DNA of 63,192 bases, filler included, from Stramenopiles sp. TOSAG23-2 (GCA_900128395.1; 7 parts of 7 records of this genome joined end to end with filler, not necessarily neighbours in it); one strand, 5' to 3'. Counted from the whole stretch's first letter, positions 12,046 through 23,972 are shown. Numbers and translations are program-made. Notes: generated by a model from the letters alone, not told the origin.

Positions 12046-12243
12046 GATGATAGTGGAATACAAAGTATTATTGATGGATTAAAAACAAACAATACATTAT
12101 GGCAATTGGACCTAAAGAATAATCAACTTAGTGATAATATGATATCACAATTAAGACGTATAAAACAATATAAAAGAGATGGATCAAACGGGTATCAACA
12201 AGTGGAATGGATGTGGATAGACACATACAGACATAAAAATTAA
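12046..12243 (+). CDS. C-terminal fragment of an RI-like LRR protein
   Basis: Hand translation DDSGIQSIIDGLKTNNTLWQLDLKNNQLSD...RHKN*; the 5' part is lost at the scaffold start. Confidence 0.7.
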   Translation, partial: DDSGIQSIIDGLKTNNTLWQLDLKNNQLSDNMISQLRRIKQYKRDGSNGYQQVEWMWIDTYRHKN

Positions 12244-12347
12244 ATACATATATTTATATATACTACCAATTACAATATACCTATATAAGATAATAATAGT
12301 ATTTTTATAATACATAGAATTATCATAGTTAATGTGAGCATTTACTC

Positions 12348-13381
12348 TTATGCAAAGCGGTGTATTATCTTAGCACCATACTGCTGCCACTTCTTATATT
12401 CTTCTTCACACCTTCTTCTTTCTTCTTCACGCCTTCTTCTTTCTTCTTCATAATATCGTTTAAATTTTTCATTATGTTCAATTGTATAAATAACACCTTT
12501 CTTAATGGAACTTTGATTTTTACATGCATAATACAATGGTGTTTCTCCATATATATCTTTTTGTATTATCATATTTATATCTAGTTTTTGAAGTAAATAA
12601 CGTACTAAATTGGTTAATGGAACTTTGATTTTTACATGCATAATACAATGGTGTTTCTCCATATATATCTTTTTGTATTATCATATTTATATCTAGTTTT
12701 TGAAGTAAATAACGTACTAAATTGGAGTTTTTTTTACTATAATATGCAGCAAAATGTAAAACATTCCAACCGTCACGTTTACTACAAATACTTAGATCAG
12801 CACCATTACCAATTAATAATTGAACAATCTTTAAATGCTCATATCTTGCAGCTGCACCTAAAGGTGTAAATGAGACATTACGGCTTGAAGTACCTTCAGT
12901 ATTCAGAAATGTTTTCAACTTAAAGTTACGTACATTTGCAGGTAATTCTTTCAATTTAATTTTTTCAATCCATATTAAATTTTGAACATCATCTAAATGT
13001 CCTTTTTCACACGCACAAATGAATGGAGTAGCTTTTGGAAACATTCTTCTATATTCTTCATCTAATAAATGCGGTGGTGTATTCTTCATAATCGTCGTTG
13101 ATTTATTATTTATTGTTACCGTGATACCTCCATCATAATTTAGACCCATTAGGAATAATTCTTTACCTAAACTACTTATTTGTGTCTTCTTTTTCTTCTT
13201 GTTGTTGTTCTTCTCCTTTCGTCTACTATTAGAGGCACCTAAACCTGGAAAGACCCATTAGGAATAATTCTTTACCTAAACTACTTATTTGTGTCTTCTT
13301 TTTCTTCTTGTTGTTGTTCTTCTCCTTTCGTCTACTATTAGAGGCACCTAAACCTGGAAAATCATCATCGATACTTGTCAT
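12348..13381 (-). CDS. Ankyrin-repeat protein, frame broken by two exact tandem duplications
   Basis: Ankyrin motifs TPFICACEKGHLDDV, TPLGAAARYEHLKIVQLLIGNGAD, NVLHFAAY and GETPLYYAC. Removing one copy each of the 112-bp and 109-bp duplications gives one ORF from ATG 13381 (MTSIDDDF) to stop 12348. Confidence 0.8.
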
Positions 13382-13832
13382 TATTTTCTATTTTATATAA
13401 GAGGATGATGTATATTATCTCTTGCAAATATTTATAAATATATATATATATTTCATTTCCATTTACCCACAATGACCGACTATATATAATGCAGTAGATA
13501 ATAATAATTTTATATTTAAATAAATAAAAAAATATTATTATTAACTATCATAACAAATTTAATGAAAATATAAATATAAATTATATTATTAAATTAAAGT
13601 GAGCACACGTGAAACAACTGCAAAGTAAACTTTGCAACTGTTGCAAGTCAGAAACTAGTGTATAAAAATATAATCTGTTTTATAAGATTTTTTATATACT
13701 AAATTAAGAGTAAATATTACCGGTGTTATTATTATGATGTATCATACAAAATAGTATTATAGTGTAATTATGATGCATATAAAAATGTCTATATTTTATA
13801 AAAAATACGAATCGTAAAAAAGAAAAAATATT

Positions 13833-14600
13833 TTATTGTATGACACAAACTTTACTTGAAACTGAACTTGCACGTCGTTGCCATTTCAAATATGTCTTTG
13901 GCATTTGATCATTTAAACTTTTAATTTCTTTATTTAACACTTGTATTTTATCTTGTAATTGAACTTTCCGTTCATCCTGATGTCGTGCTGCATTTTCTAA
14001 TTCTTTCACTGTACTTTCTAAATCTGCAACTAATTGTCGTTGTGCTTTATCACGTTTACATAACCATAAGATCATATTCGTATTCCCACGCAATTCATTT
14101 GGTACATTTTCTGTATCATTTCCTTGTACATCAACTTCTTCCAATGCTAAACACCGACATATCTGTGGCTCCACTTCTCGTAGATGGTTGTTACTGGCTT
14201 TCAAAACACGCAATGTTGGAATATTTCCAAGCGTAGGTGGTAACAACGTTAATGCATTTTCTGATACAATTAATTCTTCCAACATTTTACAATTACCAAG
14301 TTCACCTGGTAGCTGTTTTAAACGATTACCGTTTAATCTAATTTTTTTCAAACGTGCACAAAAACCTATTTCTAAAGGCAAATCTTCTAAACTGTTGTTG
14401 GATATGTCAAATTCACGAAGCAAAACCAATTCACCGATTCCAGACGATATTTTTTTAATATTATTAAACGAAACATTTAATACAATTAATTGTTGACCCC
14501 ACGTCCATAATACATCATCTAATGTTGACCATGCACGGTGTGATAAATCTAAATATCCAGATTCATCTGGTTCTTTTAATAAATCATCAAATTCTTCCAT
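13833..14600 (-). CDS. Leucine-rich repeat protein with C-terminal coiled coil
   Basis: About six LxxLxLxxNxLxxLP repeats followed by a coiled coil; ends in CVIQ, a possible CaaX prenylation box. Confidence 0.88.
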   Translation of the reverse strand: MEEFDDLLKEPDESGYLDLSHRAWSTLDDVLWTWGQQLIVLNVSFNNIKKISSGIGELVLLREFDISNNSLEDLPLEIGFCARLKKIRLNGNRLKQLPGELGNCKMLEELIVSENALTLLPPTLGNIPTLRVLKASNNHLREVEPQICRCLALEEVDVQGNDTENVPNELRGNTNMILWLCKRDKAQRQLVADLESTVKELENAARHQDERKVQLQDKIQVLNKEIKSLNDQMPKTYLKWQRRASSVSSKVCVIQ

Positions 14601-15043
14601 ATTTATTTATATAGATATATATATATGTATGTATGTATTGATTTATCTTTATAATATGTTCATTCTCTCCTTTTCCTTTTCCACCTTTTTCTAACTCTCG
14701 ATCAATAAATATATTTCTATTTTGTTGTATATATATATATATTAATTTAATAAAAATAACGTTTTCGATGAGATGATTCAACGACTATATAGTATACATA
14801 ATAGTATACTAATAGTGTAAACTATGTCTATATAACTCATAGTAGAAATGAGGGAAATAAGAAAATTAAATAAATAACAAAAATCACGTCTAACATAAAT
14901 ATATATGTAATGCAAAAAACACTCATAATATGCATCTTGAAAATTATTATTTTTCATATTTTATATATTTTTACCTATAATGCATTTAAATAAAATATGA
15001 TAAATTCTCTCAAATATTACTACGCGTAAATATTAAAAAATCC

Positions 15044-16648
15044 TCATCGAAAACCACGTCCTCTACCACCACTCATCTTTTTCAACATGACGCCAAGTCC
15101 AACTGCACCAGCTGCTAATAAAATTAATCCACCAGTTAACATTTCAGTTGATACATTATCAGGCATTAAAACACTTTGTGCCTCTGTTGCTTTTTCATCA
15201 AATCCACAATAATCATATTCATATGTTGATAAATCATATTCAGTTAAATGTGAACCAATTGCATTTAAACCATTGTTAATTAAACGTTCGTTAAAATTAC
15301 GTTGTAACCATAAGACTTCTGTTAATTGTTCTAAACATTGTTCAAAATTACATGCTAATAATCGATCTTCATTCATTACTAATACAGCTAATGCTACACG
15401 AATCAATTCTGTCCAGCCACCAGCAATAATACGATCAAATGAATATGATAATGCTGGTTCTTGCATTTTACTTGCAAACAACGGTAAAATCCAACTCGGT
15501 AACCATAATATTGGCGTGATTTCCAATTCTTCGAAATGTACATGTAATTTCGGTGCAACTTTTTTCAATGCCATGTCTGTTTGATATAATGCTAAATGCA
15601 AACGTGACATCCCATTTGTAAATATATCAGCTAAATTATATTTAGGTTTTTTCATTAACGCATCTAAAATCCAAAAAACATCTTCTTCACATGCATGCAT
15701 CAACATGTAACCGGAAATAAAATTCATTCCTTGTACATATCCAACTTGTGGATTATGAATGGAATACGCATTTAAAACACGTCTTAAACGCTGTTGACCT
15801 AATCCATCTTTTTTTTTGTACATTTCTGTTGTTGGAAATGTTCTTGAAACATCACGCATAATTTGTTCATCATTATCTTTACTAAAACCATTACCAAGCA
15901 ATGCATTGTATTTTCCTTCAACAATATGTGCACCCGTATTTTCAAACCATTGTTGTATGCGTACAGATCGTTGGCTGTTTCTAGCATTTGCTTTTGATAT
16001 CAGCGACGAGACTGATAATTGTTTAGATAATTGTTGTTGTTCTCCTTCTGTATTATTATTATTAACATTACTTCTTGATGCAGGAGGAACAGAAACTTTC
16101 ATATTTGCAGCTAAGTTTGGCATTTCATTATTATTATTATTATTATTATTACTATTATTACTTTCACCTAGTAATTCTTGTTTTATTTCAAGATAGGAAC
16201 CACCTAATAATTCACTTTGTTGCGTTACTAAATTTTGTACATTGTTTTTAAATTTTTCATACTTTTGGTTGAATGAATTTTTCATGAATTCTTCAGCTAA
16301 TACAGTCGTAGTTAATTTTCCAGTAATTTCTAAACGTAATATATGCCCACGGGAATATGCTTCATTTGCTACTTTGTTTAAATCATTATCATTATGTAAA
16401 ACTATTTTATCGCCAGTAATACTATCAACGACTGAAAAAATATAATGATCGACTTGGAGATTCTCTGTCTCTAATTGTATCCAAGATCCAAATGAGGGAG
16501 TGAAAGAACGAACTAAAAATTCAAGGGATAAACGTTCATCCGCATCAAATGCTGTACGATACATTTTACCAGATGTGCATACTTTAATAATTTTCGGTGG
16601 TTTTCTTTCATTGTTCCCAATATTATTATTATTCACAATTGATGCCAT
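15044..16648 (-). CDS. TBC-domain Rab GTPase-activating protein with C-terminal TM anchor
   Basis: Arginine finger IMRDVSRTFP, glutamine finger GYVQGMNFI, EEDVFW; hydrophobic tail GGLILLAAGAVGLGVML. Confidence 0.92.
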   Translation of the reverse strand: MASIVNNNNIGNNERKPPKIIKVCTSGKMYRTAFDADERLSLEFLVRSFTPSFGSWIQLETENLQVDHYIFSVVDSITGDKIVLHNDNDLNKVANEAYSRGHILRLEITGKLTTTVLAEEFMKNSFNQKYEKFKNNVQNLVTQQSELLGGSYLEIKQELLGESNNSNNNNNNNNEMPNLAANMKVSVPPASRSNVNNNNTEGEQQQLSKQLSVSSLISKANARNSQRSVRIQQWFENTGAHIVEGKYNALLGNGFSKDNDEQIMRDVSRTFPTTEMYKKKDGLGQQRLRRVLNAYSIHNPQVGYVQGMNFISGYMLMHACEEDVFWILDALMKKPKYNLADIFTNGMSRLHLALYQTDMALKKVAPKLHVHFEELEITPILWLPSWILPLFASKMQEPALSYSFDRIIAGGWTELIRVALAVLVMNEDRLLACNFEQCLEQLTEVLWLQRNFNERLINNGLNAIGSHLTEYDLSTYEYDYCGFDEKATEAQSVLMPDNVSTEMLTGGLILLAAGAVGLGVMLKKMSGGRGRGFR

Positions 16649-17194
16649 GCTATGTGTGTGTGTGTGTGCGTGTGTACAAAATTACGATATCTAATGTACA
16701 GTAATTAAATTATCTATATTATTATGAATAATACAAATATGCTACGCATTATCTATTTATGTCTCTCTATGGGTATAAATTTATGACTTTCCTATATGGT
16801 TGAATGTACTATATATATATGTTTTTTAGTTTTAGTTTTGAAAAAATATATTGAAGTAAGAAGAATGTTGGAGGATAGTTCCGGAGACGGTATGTATTAT
16901 AATGCTATGTGCCTCTTATAATATTGGTATATAATAGTATAGTAATAGCATTGATATTTAGCATAAATTTTTTACATTTTGTTTGATGAAAGAAACTCCC
17001 TCTGCATCAAAATAAAAAGAAAAAAAGGGAGGGTGGCAGTCGGTGCGCATCTTCTTCGAATTAACACACAGTGTTTATTAAACCAGTATAATATATACAA
17101 TACATGTATTAGTAGATATCAAAATACATACAAGAAACAATGTATTACATACATCAATAGATTCGTAAGTAATAACAAAAAATTTAAACATAAA

Positions 17195-19252
17195 ATGCGT
17201 AGTTTTCTTTATATGTTCAATCAACGTAGCACAAAATGTGTGTTACCTGTCTTTTTTATATGTACATTATTTTTGTCGTTTTCATCTGTAAATATTTTTT
17301 GTCGGCCGCCATCTTTATTATTATCGACTTCTTCTTCTAATAATAATAATGACAACAACAACAATAACTATTGTAATGGTAACACATTTTTAGTTTCAGC
17401 TACTTATATACGAAGTAAGAATCCAAGGCATGCTACAAAACAACATGGGTTAACTATTAAAGAAATTGCTAAAGGGGAAGTTGATGGTCTAGATATTATG
17501 AAACAATATGAATTAGATAGGGCACATCCACCAAAACCAGAATCGATGAAAGATAAAAATGGTTTACCAAACTATAATATGCAATCTTTATACGTAGATG
17601 GATTTCCTAAAACGAAAAAACTAGTAGATAGCGCAAGGAAAATGTTTCCACATTACCAAATTAGTCCAAATAGATTAATCGAACCATTAGCTAGTCACAC
17701 TGCTACCATTTCATCCTTATCAAAATTTTCAGAAGATCCAAAAGTATATGGTATGCATGGTGCAGGACTACGTGGCGGTGCACCAAATATTGGTTTGCAA
17801 CCAAACAATTGGGAAACGAATGATCCAAATACAGGAGGTCCAAGCCTACTGTATCAACAATATTCGACACATCAATATGATATGAAACTTACCGATGTGG
17901 CAGATCCAATAGAAAATGCCCATGTTTTAAAAAACTCAATCATTCAAGATCCAATAAAACAAAGACATTTTAATGCGGAAAGTGTTTCAGGAAAAGCTTT
18001 TATGATGAGTGGACAATATGCAGGACCTACTGTTGGTAATCCATCTAGCCCTGGAGGTCCGGGCAATGTTGCTAATAATAATAATAATAATAATGCAGTT
18101 GCTGGAGGAGGATCTAATTCTGCTGAAGGAGGATCCAATGCTGCTGGAGGCGGTGGTGGCAATGTTGCTGGCAGTAATGCTGCTTCATCTTCCAATCTTG
18201 GTGATAGTTCTGCAAGTAGTAGTTCAAGTCTGAAAGGAAGTTCTTCGGCTAGCTTTGAGTCAATTAAGGGATCAAATGCGGCAATTGAAGCACATCAATT
18301 GAGTGCAGAAGAACATGAAAGGAATGCAGATCATAATGAGAATGAAGCAAGTCAACTGCGCGAACAGGCAAAAGATTTATCAGGAGAAGAAAAAGAGATG
18401 GTCATGGAACAAGCAAATACATATCAACAATCGGCACAGCGAGAACATCAAATTGCAGCAATGGAGGATAAAAAAATAGCAGATACAAGCGATGATACAG
18501 ATGATAGTGATGGTGAGGAGGAAGAAATAGAACAAAAATCTGAGCAAAGAGAACAGCAACAGCAACAAAGTGGACAAGGTAAAGATGGCGATCCAGGAAT
18601 GCCATGTAAAAGGAACGCACCTGGAAAATGTGGACCACGATCTCAATGCGAACAACGAAAAGGGATGACTCCACAGCCAGGCTATTGCAACGGCGGTAGT
18701 GAGAATATATGCTGCGTACGCCACAATCCAAATGAAGATAAGCCACCAGTCAAAACGTCAGGATCTGGTAGTTGTCCTGGTCAGCAAGTATGGCAAAAAG
18801 TTTTGAATAACCCTGGAATTCAGTTAAATAATTTTCATCCTAGTGGAGTACAAGATAATGCGGATCCAAAGAAGCAAGTGCAAGCTGCAGCGCAAGGAAT
18901 GAAAGCAGAGCGTTCAAGTTATGGGAATGCACCGGGTGGAAGCACATGTTTGTCACCAAGAGTTGCAGAATTTTTGTTAAAACTTGGAAATAAATATGGT
19001 GGTGTTGGTGTCAACTCTATCGCTGGCGCGAGCCATAGCAAGAGTTCGTCTCATTATAGAGGCACGACAATAGATGTCGGAAAATTGAAAGGTAGAGTAT
19101 TGAATGATGTAGAAATGGCGAAATTAGTTGTCAATACGTGTGTGCTCGAAATGGGAGGTGCAGCTATTTCTAACCCAGGTGGTAGGAAAATACCAAATAC
19201 TAAAAATTTTGGAGGGCATAAAACTTGGGTTCATTGTGGTTTGAGGTTGTAA
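17195..19252 (+). CDS. Secreted protein with 6-Cys module and C-terminal zinc D-Ala-D-Ala peptidase-like (M15/LAS) domain
   Basis: Likely ATG at 17195 with a hydrophobic signal (VLPVFFICTLFLSF). Cys module at 18605-18718. H-x6-D (SHYRGTTID) and terminal GHKTWVH. Confidence 0.75.
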   Translation: MRSFLYMFNQRSTKCVLPVFFICTLFLSFSSVNIFCRPPSLLLSTSSSNNNNDNNNNNYCNGNTFLVSATYIRSKNPRHATKQHGLTIKEIAKGEVDGLDIMKQYELDRAHPPKPESMKDKNGLPNYNMQSLYVDGFPKTKKLVDSARKMFPHYQISPNRLIEPLASHTATISSLSKFSEDPKVYGMHGAGLRGGAPNIGLQPNNWETNDPNTGGPSLLYQQYSTHQYDMKLTDVADPIENAHVLKNSIIQDPIKQRHFNAESVSGKAFMMSGQYAGPTVGNPSSPGGPGNVANNNNNNNAVAGGGSNSAEGGSNAAGGGGGNVAGSNAASSSNLGDSSASSSSSLKGSSSASFESIKGSNAAIEAHQLSAEEHERNADHNENEASQLREQAKDLSGEEKEMVMEQANTYQQSAQREHQIAAMEDKKIADTSDDTDDSDGEEEEIEQKSEQREQQQQQSGQGKDGDPGMPCKRNAPGKCGPRSQCEQRKGMTPQPGYCNGGSENICCVRHNPNEDKPPVKTSGSGSCPGQQVWQKVLNNPGIQLNNFHPSGVQDNADPKKQVQAAAQGMKAERSSYGNAPGGSTCLSPRVAEFLLKLGNKYGGVGVNSIAGASHSKSSSHYRGTTIDVGKLKGRVLNDVEMAKLVVNTCVLEMGGAAISNPGGRKIPNTKNFGGHKTWVHCGLRL

Positions 19253-19811
19253 AAATTTTTAAGAAGTGTGGTCAATAAAATACGAACTTTGTCCATACAT
19301 CATAATGGTTAAAATCTAAAGTTTAAATAATAATTTTGTCTTTCCGTGTGGGAAATACCACGCTCAATATACTCTATCTCAGAGGGAATAATATGTTAAT
19401 CCTCCCAATCTAAAAAAATGATTTGCTCCTATTATTAATAAAGCTCTCATGCGCCGCCGCAAGCTAAATACTCTATTAAAATATAAGCACAAGTAGGTCT
19501 GAATCCAGCATAACACCCTCGATGAAAGTGATGTGAACAGTCCATAAGTTTTCCAAAGTTTGATGGTTTTGAATTCTCCAGGAGTGGATTCATAGAGAGA
19601 TTATAAAATATTACGAACGTCGTAAAAAGGAAATATTTATACCGAAGAGGTATGATAGGCTATGATATCATATAAAATTGTAAAAAAACATATATATATA
19701 TATCATATTCATCTGATTACGTACACGTATCATACCCTGCTGTACTGCATGGTATATCATAACACTCTGGCATATGGTAAATACCAAAAGCTTCCGTAAA
19801 AAATTTTTTTC

Positions 19812-21143
19812 TCAATCAAATGCATCTAAATCCTCCTCCTCCTCCTCTTCTTCTTCTTCTTCTTCTTCTTCCACCTCCTCCAAACCGTTCTCATTTCCAT
19901 CATCATTATCACCGTCAACGATACCAACTAAAGTACCAATAGAATGCATCATATTGCCAACAATTTCATTATCATCAACAACTACTTCCATATCACCATT
20001 TTCCATTTCAACGTCGCTATCACCTTCATCATCACCACCTTCATCATCATCATCTTCTTCTTCTTCTAAATCATTGTTTTGACGCTCTAAATAATTTCTC
20101 ACCATTGAACGGACAATTGGAAATAATTGCTCTCTGGGCAAATCAATCAAATGTGACGCAATAAGATGTGGTAATCGGAATTGTAACGGGCCAAATTCAA
20201 TGATTATTGTTTCTGCAGATTCTTCTTGCACAGTAATTTCTATATCATTTTCATCATCATATATACCAGAATTATATGCCAGCACTTCGGTCCCTTGCTC
20301 TTTGTAATTTAGATTTAATGCTTCATCGTCCATATATGGATCTGTGCCAAGCTTTGGCATTTCAAAACTTGTATAAACCGTCCAACAACTTTGTAAAATG
20401 AAACCTTTATGTACAGGATGTCGTGAAAGAATATATCGTGGTACATCTCGACCTTCCACTGTTGCTCTTAGAAAATTACATGGCGTACCTGATCCAGGCT
20501 CACGTGTATCTGAATTTCCCCAACGCCAAGTGACAGAAACTTCCGTCCATATAGTATTTCCTCCTAACGAACGAGTCGTAGTCCCATCACGATTAAATTT
20601 AATTTTAATACATTCTTTTGATGAGCTCCAATATGGATCCTGTGAATACCAGCCATGTCCAGCTGCTTTTTTAAATCTAAAATTCCAATGAAAACTGGTC
20701 AGCTCTTCCAATGTTAAAACATTACGCTTGGTATCTTTGATAGTATTTTTAAAGATATTGATAAGATTATTGCCAACACTATTGGTATTATTTTGATAAA
20801 TGTGGTTGTTACTATGATGATTATTTTCTTTATTATTTTTACTATTATTATTAATTTCTTTCCGTATGCGACACCTATTTTCGGGTGATAATATCATTAG
20901 ACCATCTTTTAAATGTTTTGGCACATATGACAGTTGCGACCAATAACGCTGCAATAACAGCATCCATACAACAGGGCTCCGCGTTGAGTCATACCACTCT
21001 TTATTTACATATGAGTAAATTTTTACAATATCTTTGAATCTAAAAAATGTTAATGTCTTACATATGCCAACTTGTGGCATTGAATAATTGGAATTATTAT
21101 CATTATTGCTGTTTTTCTGATTTGCAACTACTAAACCTGCCAT
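19812..21143 (-). CDS. F-box-like protein with acidic tail
   Basis: N-terminal FFRFKDIVKIYSYVNKEWYDSTRSPVVW is F-box-like; conserved-looking WNFRFKKAAG...DPYW domain; poly-Glu/Asp C-terminus. Confidence 0.6.
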   Translation of the reverse strand: MAGLVVANQKNSNNDNNSNYSMPQVGICKTLTFFRFKDIVKIYSYVNKEWYDSTRSPVVWMLLLQRYWSQLSYVPKHLKDGLMILSPENRCRIRKEINNNSKNNKENNHHSNNHIYQNNTNSVGNNLINIFKNTIKDTKRNVLTLEELTSFHWNFRFKKAAGHGWYSQDPYWSSSKECIKIKFNRDGTTTRSLGGNTIWTEVSVTWRWGNSDTREPGSGTPCNFLRATVEGRDVPRYILSRHPVHKGFILQSCWTVYTSFEMPKLGTDPYMDDEALNLNYKEQGTEVLAYNSGIYDDENDIEITVQEESAETIIIEFGPLQFRLPHLIASHLIDLPREQLFPIVRSMVRNYLERQNNDLEEEEDDDDEGGDDEGDSDVEMENGDMEVVVDDNEIVGNMMHSIGTLVGIVDGDNDDGNENGLEEVEEEEEEEEEEEEEDLDAFD

Positions 21144-21951
21144 TACTTCTAATGATTATTGATTATGTGTGTATGTGTGTGTATTATTCTTCTATTTTCT
21201 CTTGTTGTTGTTGTTGTTGTTATATTTGTTATTTTAAAAACGAGCTATAACCAACATCATGTCATATTGACTTTTTTATTATTATTACTTCTCGTGCACA
21301 TGAAATATTGATGCATCATCATAAATAATACTATATATATATCATATGAGTTTATAATACGTGTAGGTAGGAGTGATACAGTACTGTACTGTATAGTATA
21401 GTAGTCTAGTATTCATGAGTAGACGACTTAGACTACCTAAGTAGTGTATTATTTTTCTTCAGATGTGATGTGCTGATAGGCATCAAACGCACGTAGGAAG
21501 TATAATTTTAAGGAATGTATTAAACATAAATCTGACATATCAATATCTAATATGCATCAGTATTTTTTGTTAGCAAATAAAATAAATCCTTAAATATTTA
21601 TAATAGTTGCTACCAAGAATATTATCCATTTCGTTGGTAGTTGTGTTGAATGATGATGATTGTGATTGTGTATGCTGGTATGCTGGTATTAGTATTACTA
21701 TGGTGCTGCTATAATATGTTGTTTTTTGTAAAAAAAAAAAATATTATATAAATGTATTCCACCTGCGCAAGCCTCCACGCAAGCTTATAAATAGTAGGTG
21801 AATAGCACTTAGGACGTCATAGCATGGAAGGCCTTCGGCCTTCCATGCTATTCCTTAAAAACTTCCCTTGTGATGGGTCTAGCTACCACAAGCTACCTAT
21901 TTAAAATTGGTTCAAACATGTCTATAGTGTGTAGTTTTAAAAAAGCTTAAT

Positions 21952-23206
21952 GTAAAAAACGACTTAAAATGACTCAATATGGACTCTTATATACATATTT
22001 TACACTCCATATCATATATATATGTATAAATATATATAAAACGACCTGTCTATCATCTAACAATATATTATTACTATACATTTGCAATATACTACGTCGT
22101 GAAACATATATATACATCCATAAATCGATATATTGCCGATTTGGACATGTATTACTAACATATTGCTTTTGTATAGTTATTGTAAATTTAGGTGTATTTG
22201 TAAAAAAAACCTGTCGTTACATATACATATCGATAAAAATATGTAGAAATGCCGGTGGATCCCCCCTTAAAAGCTTATATACATCCCATGTATCATTAAA
22301 AACATAAATTACCTTCTTTATATGTCGATATAAACAGGAATATACTTTTATATATCAAAAATATCATTTTTAATGCTATAAAACAGGTTCAAATGGTACG
22401 TATTTACACGTAAAAAACGACTTAAAATGACTCAATATGGAGTCTTATATACATATTTTACACTCCATATCATATATATATGTATAAATATATATAAAAC
22501 GACCTGTCTATCATCTAACAATATATTATTACTATACATTTGCAATATACTACGTCGTGAAACATATATATACATCCATAAATCGATATATTGCCGATTT
22601 GGACATGTATTACTAACATATTGCTTTTGTATAGTTATTGTAAATTTAGGTGTATTTGTAAAAAAAACCTGTCGTTACATATACATATCGATAAAAATAT
22701 GTAGAAATGCCGGTGGATCCCCCCTTAAAAGCTTATATACATCCCATGTATCATTAAAAACATAAATTACCTTCTTTATATGTCGATATAAACAGGAATA
22801 TACTTTTATATATCAAAAATATCATTTTTAATGCTATAAAACAGGTTCAAATGGTACGTATTTACACGTAAAAAACGACTTAAAATGACTCAATATGGAG
22901 TCTTATATACATATTTTACACTCCATATCATATATATATGGTATAAATATATATAAAACGACCTGTCTATCATCTAACAATATATTATTACTATACATTT
23001 GCAATATACTACGCCGTGAAACATATATATACATCCATAAATCGATATATTGCCGATTTGGACATGTATACCTAAAATACACTAAAATACTACACTTATA
23101 TGCATCAATTCGTGAAACATATATATACATCCATAAATCGATATATTGCCGATTTGGACATGTATACCTAAAATACACTAAAATACTACACTTATATGCA
23201 TCAATT
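21952..23206. repeat. 458-bp tandem repeat (about 2.4 copies) plus 96-bp tandem duplication
   Basis: Unit starts at 21952, 22410 and 22868; 96-bp copies at 23015-23110 and 23111-23206. Confidence 0.95.
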
Positions 23207-23972
23207 TTACAACAAAAAAAACGAAAAATAGCTATATAAAATGATATGAAAAAAATAATAAAAGTTTTATATTTTGCATTGATTCTTTTTGCAATAACTA
23301 ACATGGTATAATATAAATATTACTACTAAATTTCAGATTCTCAACAAATATTTTTTTTGTATTATTATGTATATATTTCAAACAATCATATATATACAAG
23401 CCAAAATGGCCAAAATACCATCCTTACGGAGGCCAAATTTTAAGCACTTGTTCGGTAAGCTCATTTGTATTGGGGAAGAGCCTACTCAATACGTATTTAT
23501 TGTATTCTCCATATAGGTACAGAAATTGAGCCTAAATAATATCTGTTTTGAATTGATTGATAGAGCACAAAAACAAAATTATTGAGTGTTGTGTATATAC
23601 TAAATTTAAAACGTATTACTATTGAAATGATGTCCTATTGTTAGATTATGTCCAAGTAGGCTTGCGCAAATCCATAATATACGCAAGCCTATGCGCAATC
23701 CTAGCCTTGCACACCAAAGGGAGACATTTTTCTATATAGGGCTGCCCTATTTCTTTCTGGACTACTGTAATCTTACGAGCGCTGTTTCTGGAATTTATCA
23801 GATTTTTAATGCTCTATCTATGTTATTTAATGCTGTGATGCTGCTAAATAGGGCTGTCTTTTGGTGATAAATTATGTAAGGTATTTTGGTTTCCCGATCG
23901 AAAAAAATAGTTGAAACTTTAGATATATTGATTATTATATAAAATGTATTATTATAAAATGTTTTTTATGTT

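Noticed and set aside
16979-17194. 72-aa N-terminal extension of the peptidase-domain protein
   Set aside because: It starts at TTG and reads like UTR; ATG 17195 puts the signal-like segment near the N-terminus.
21969-23304. Duplicated 112-133 aa ORFs in the 458-bp array
   Set aside because: Y/I/C-rich translations of AT-rich repeat DNA with no domain features.
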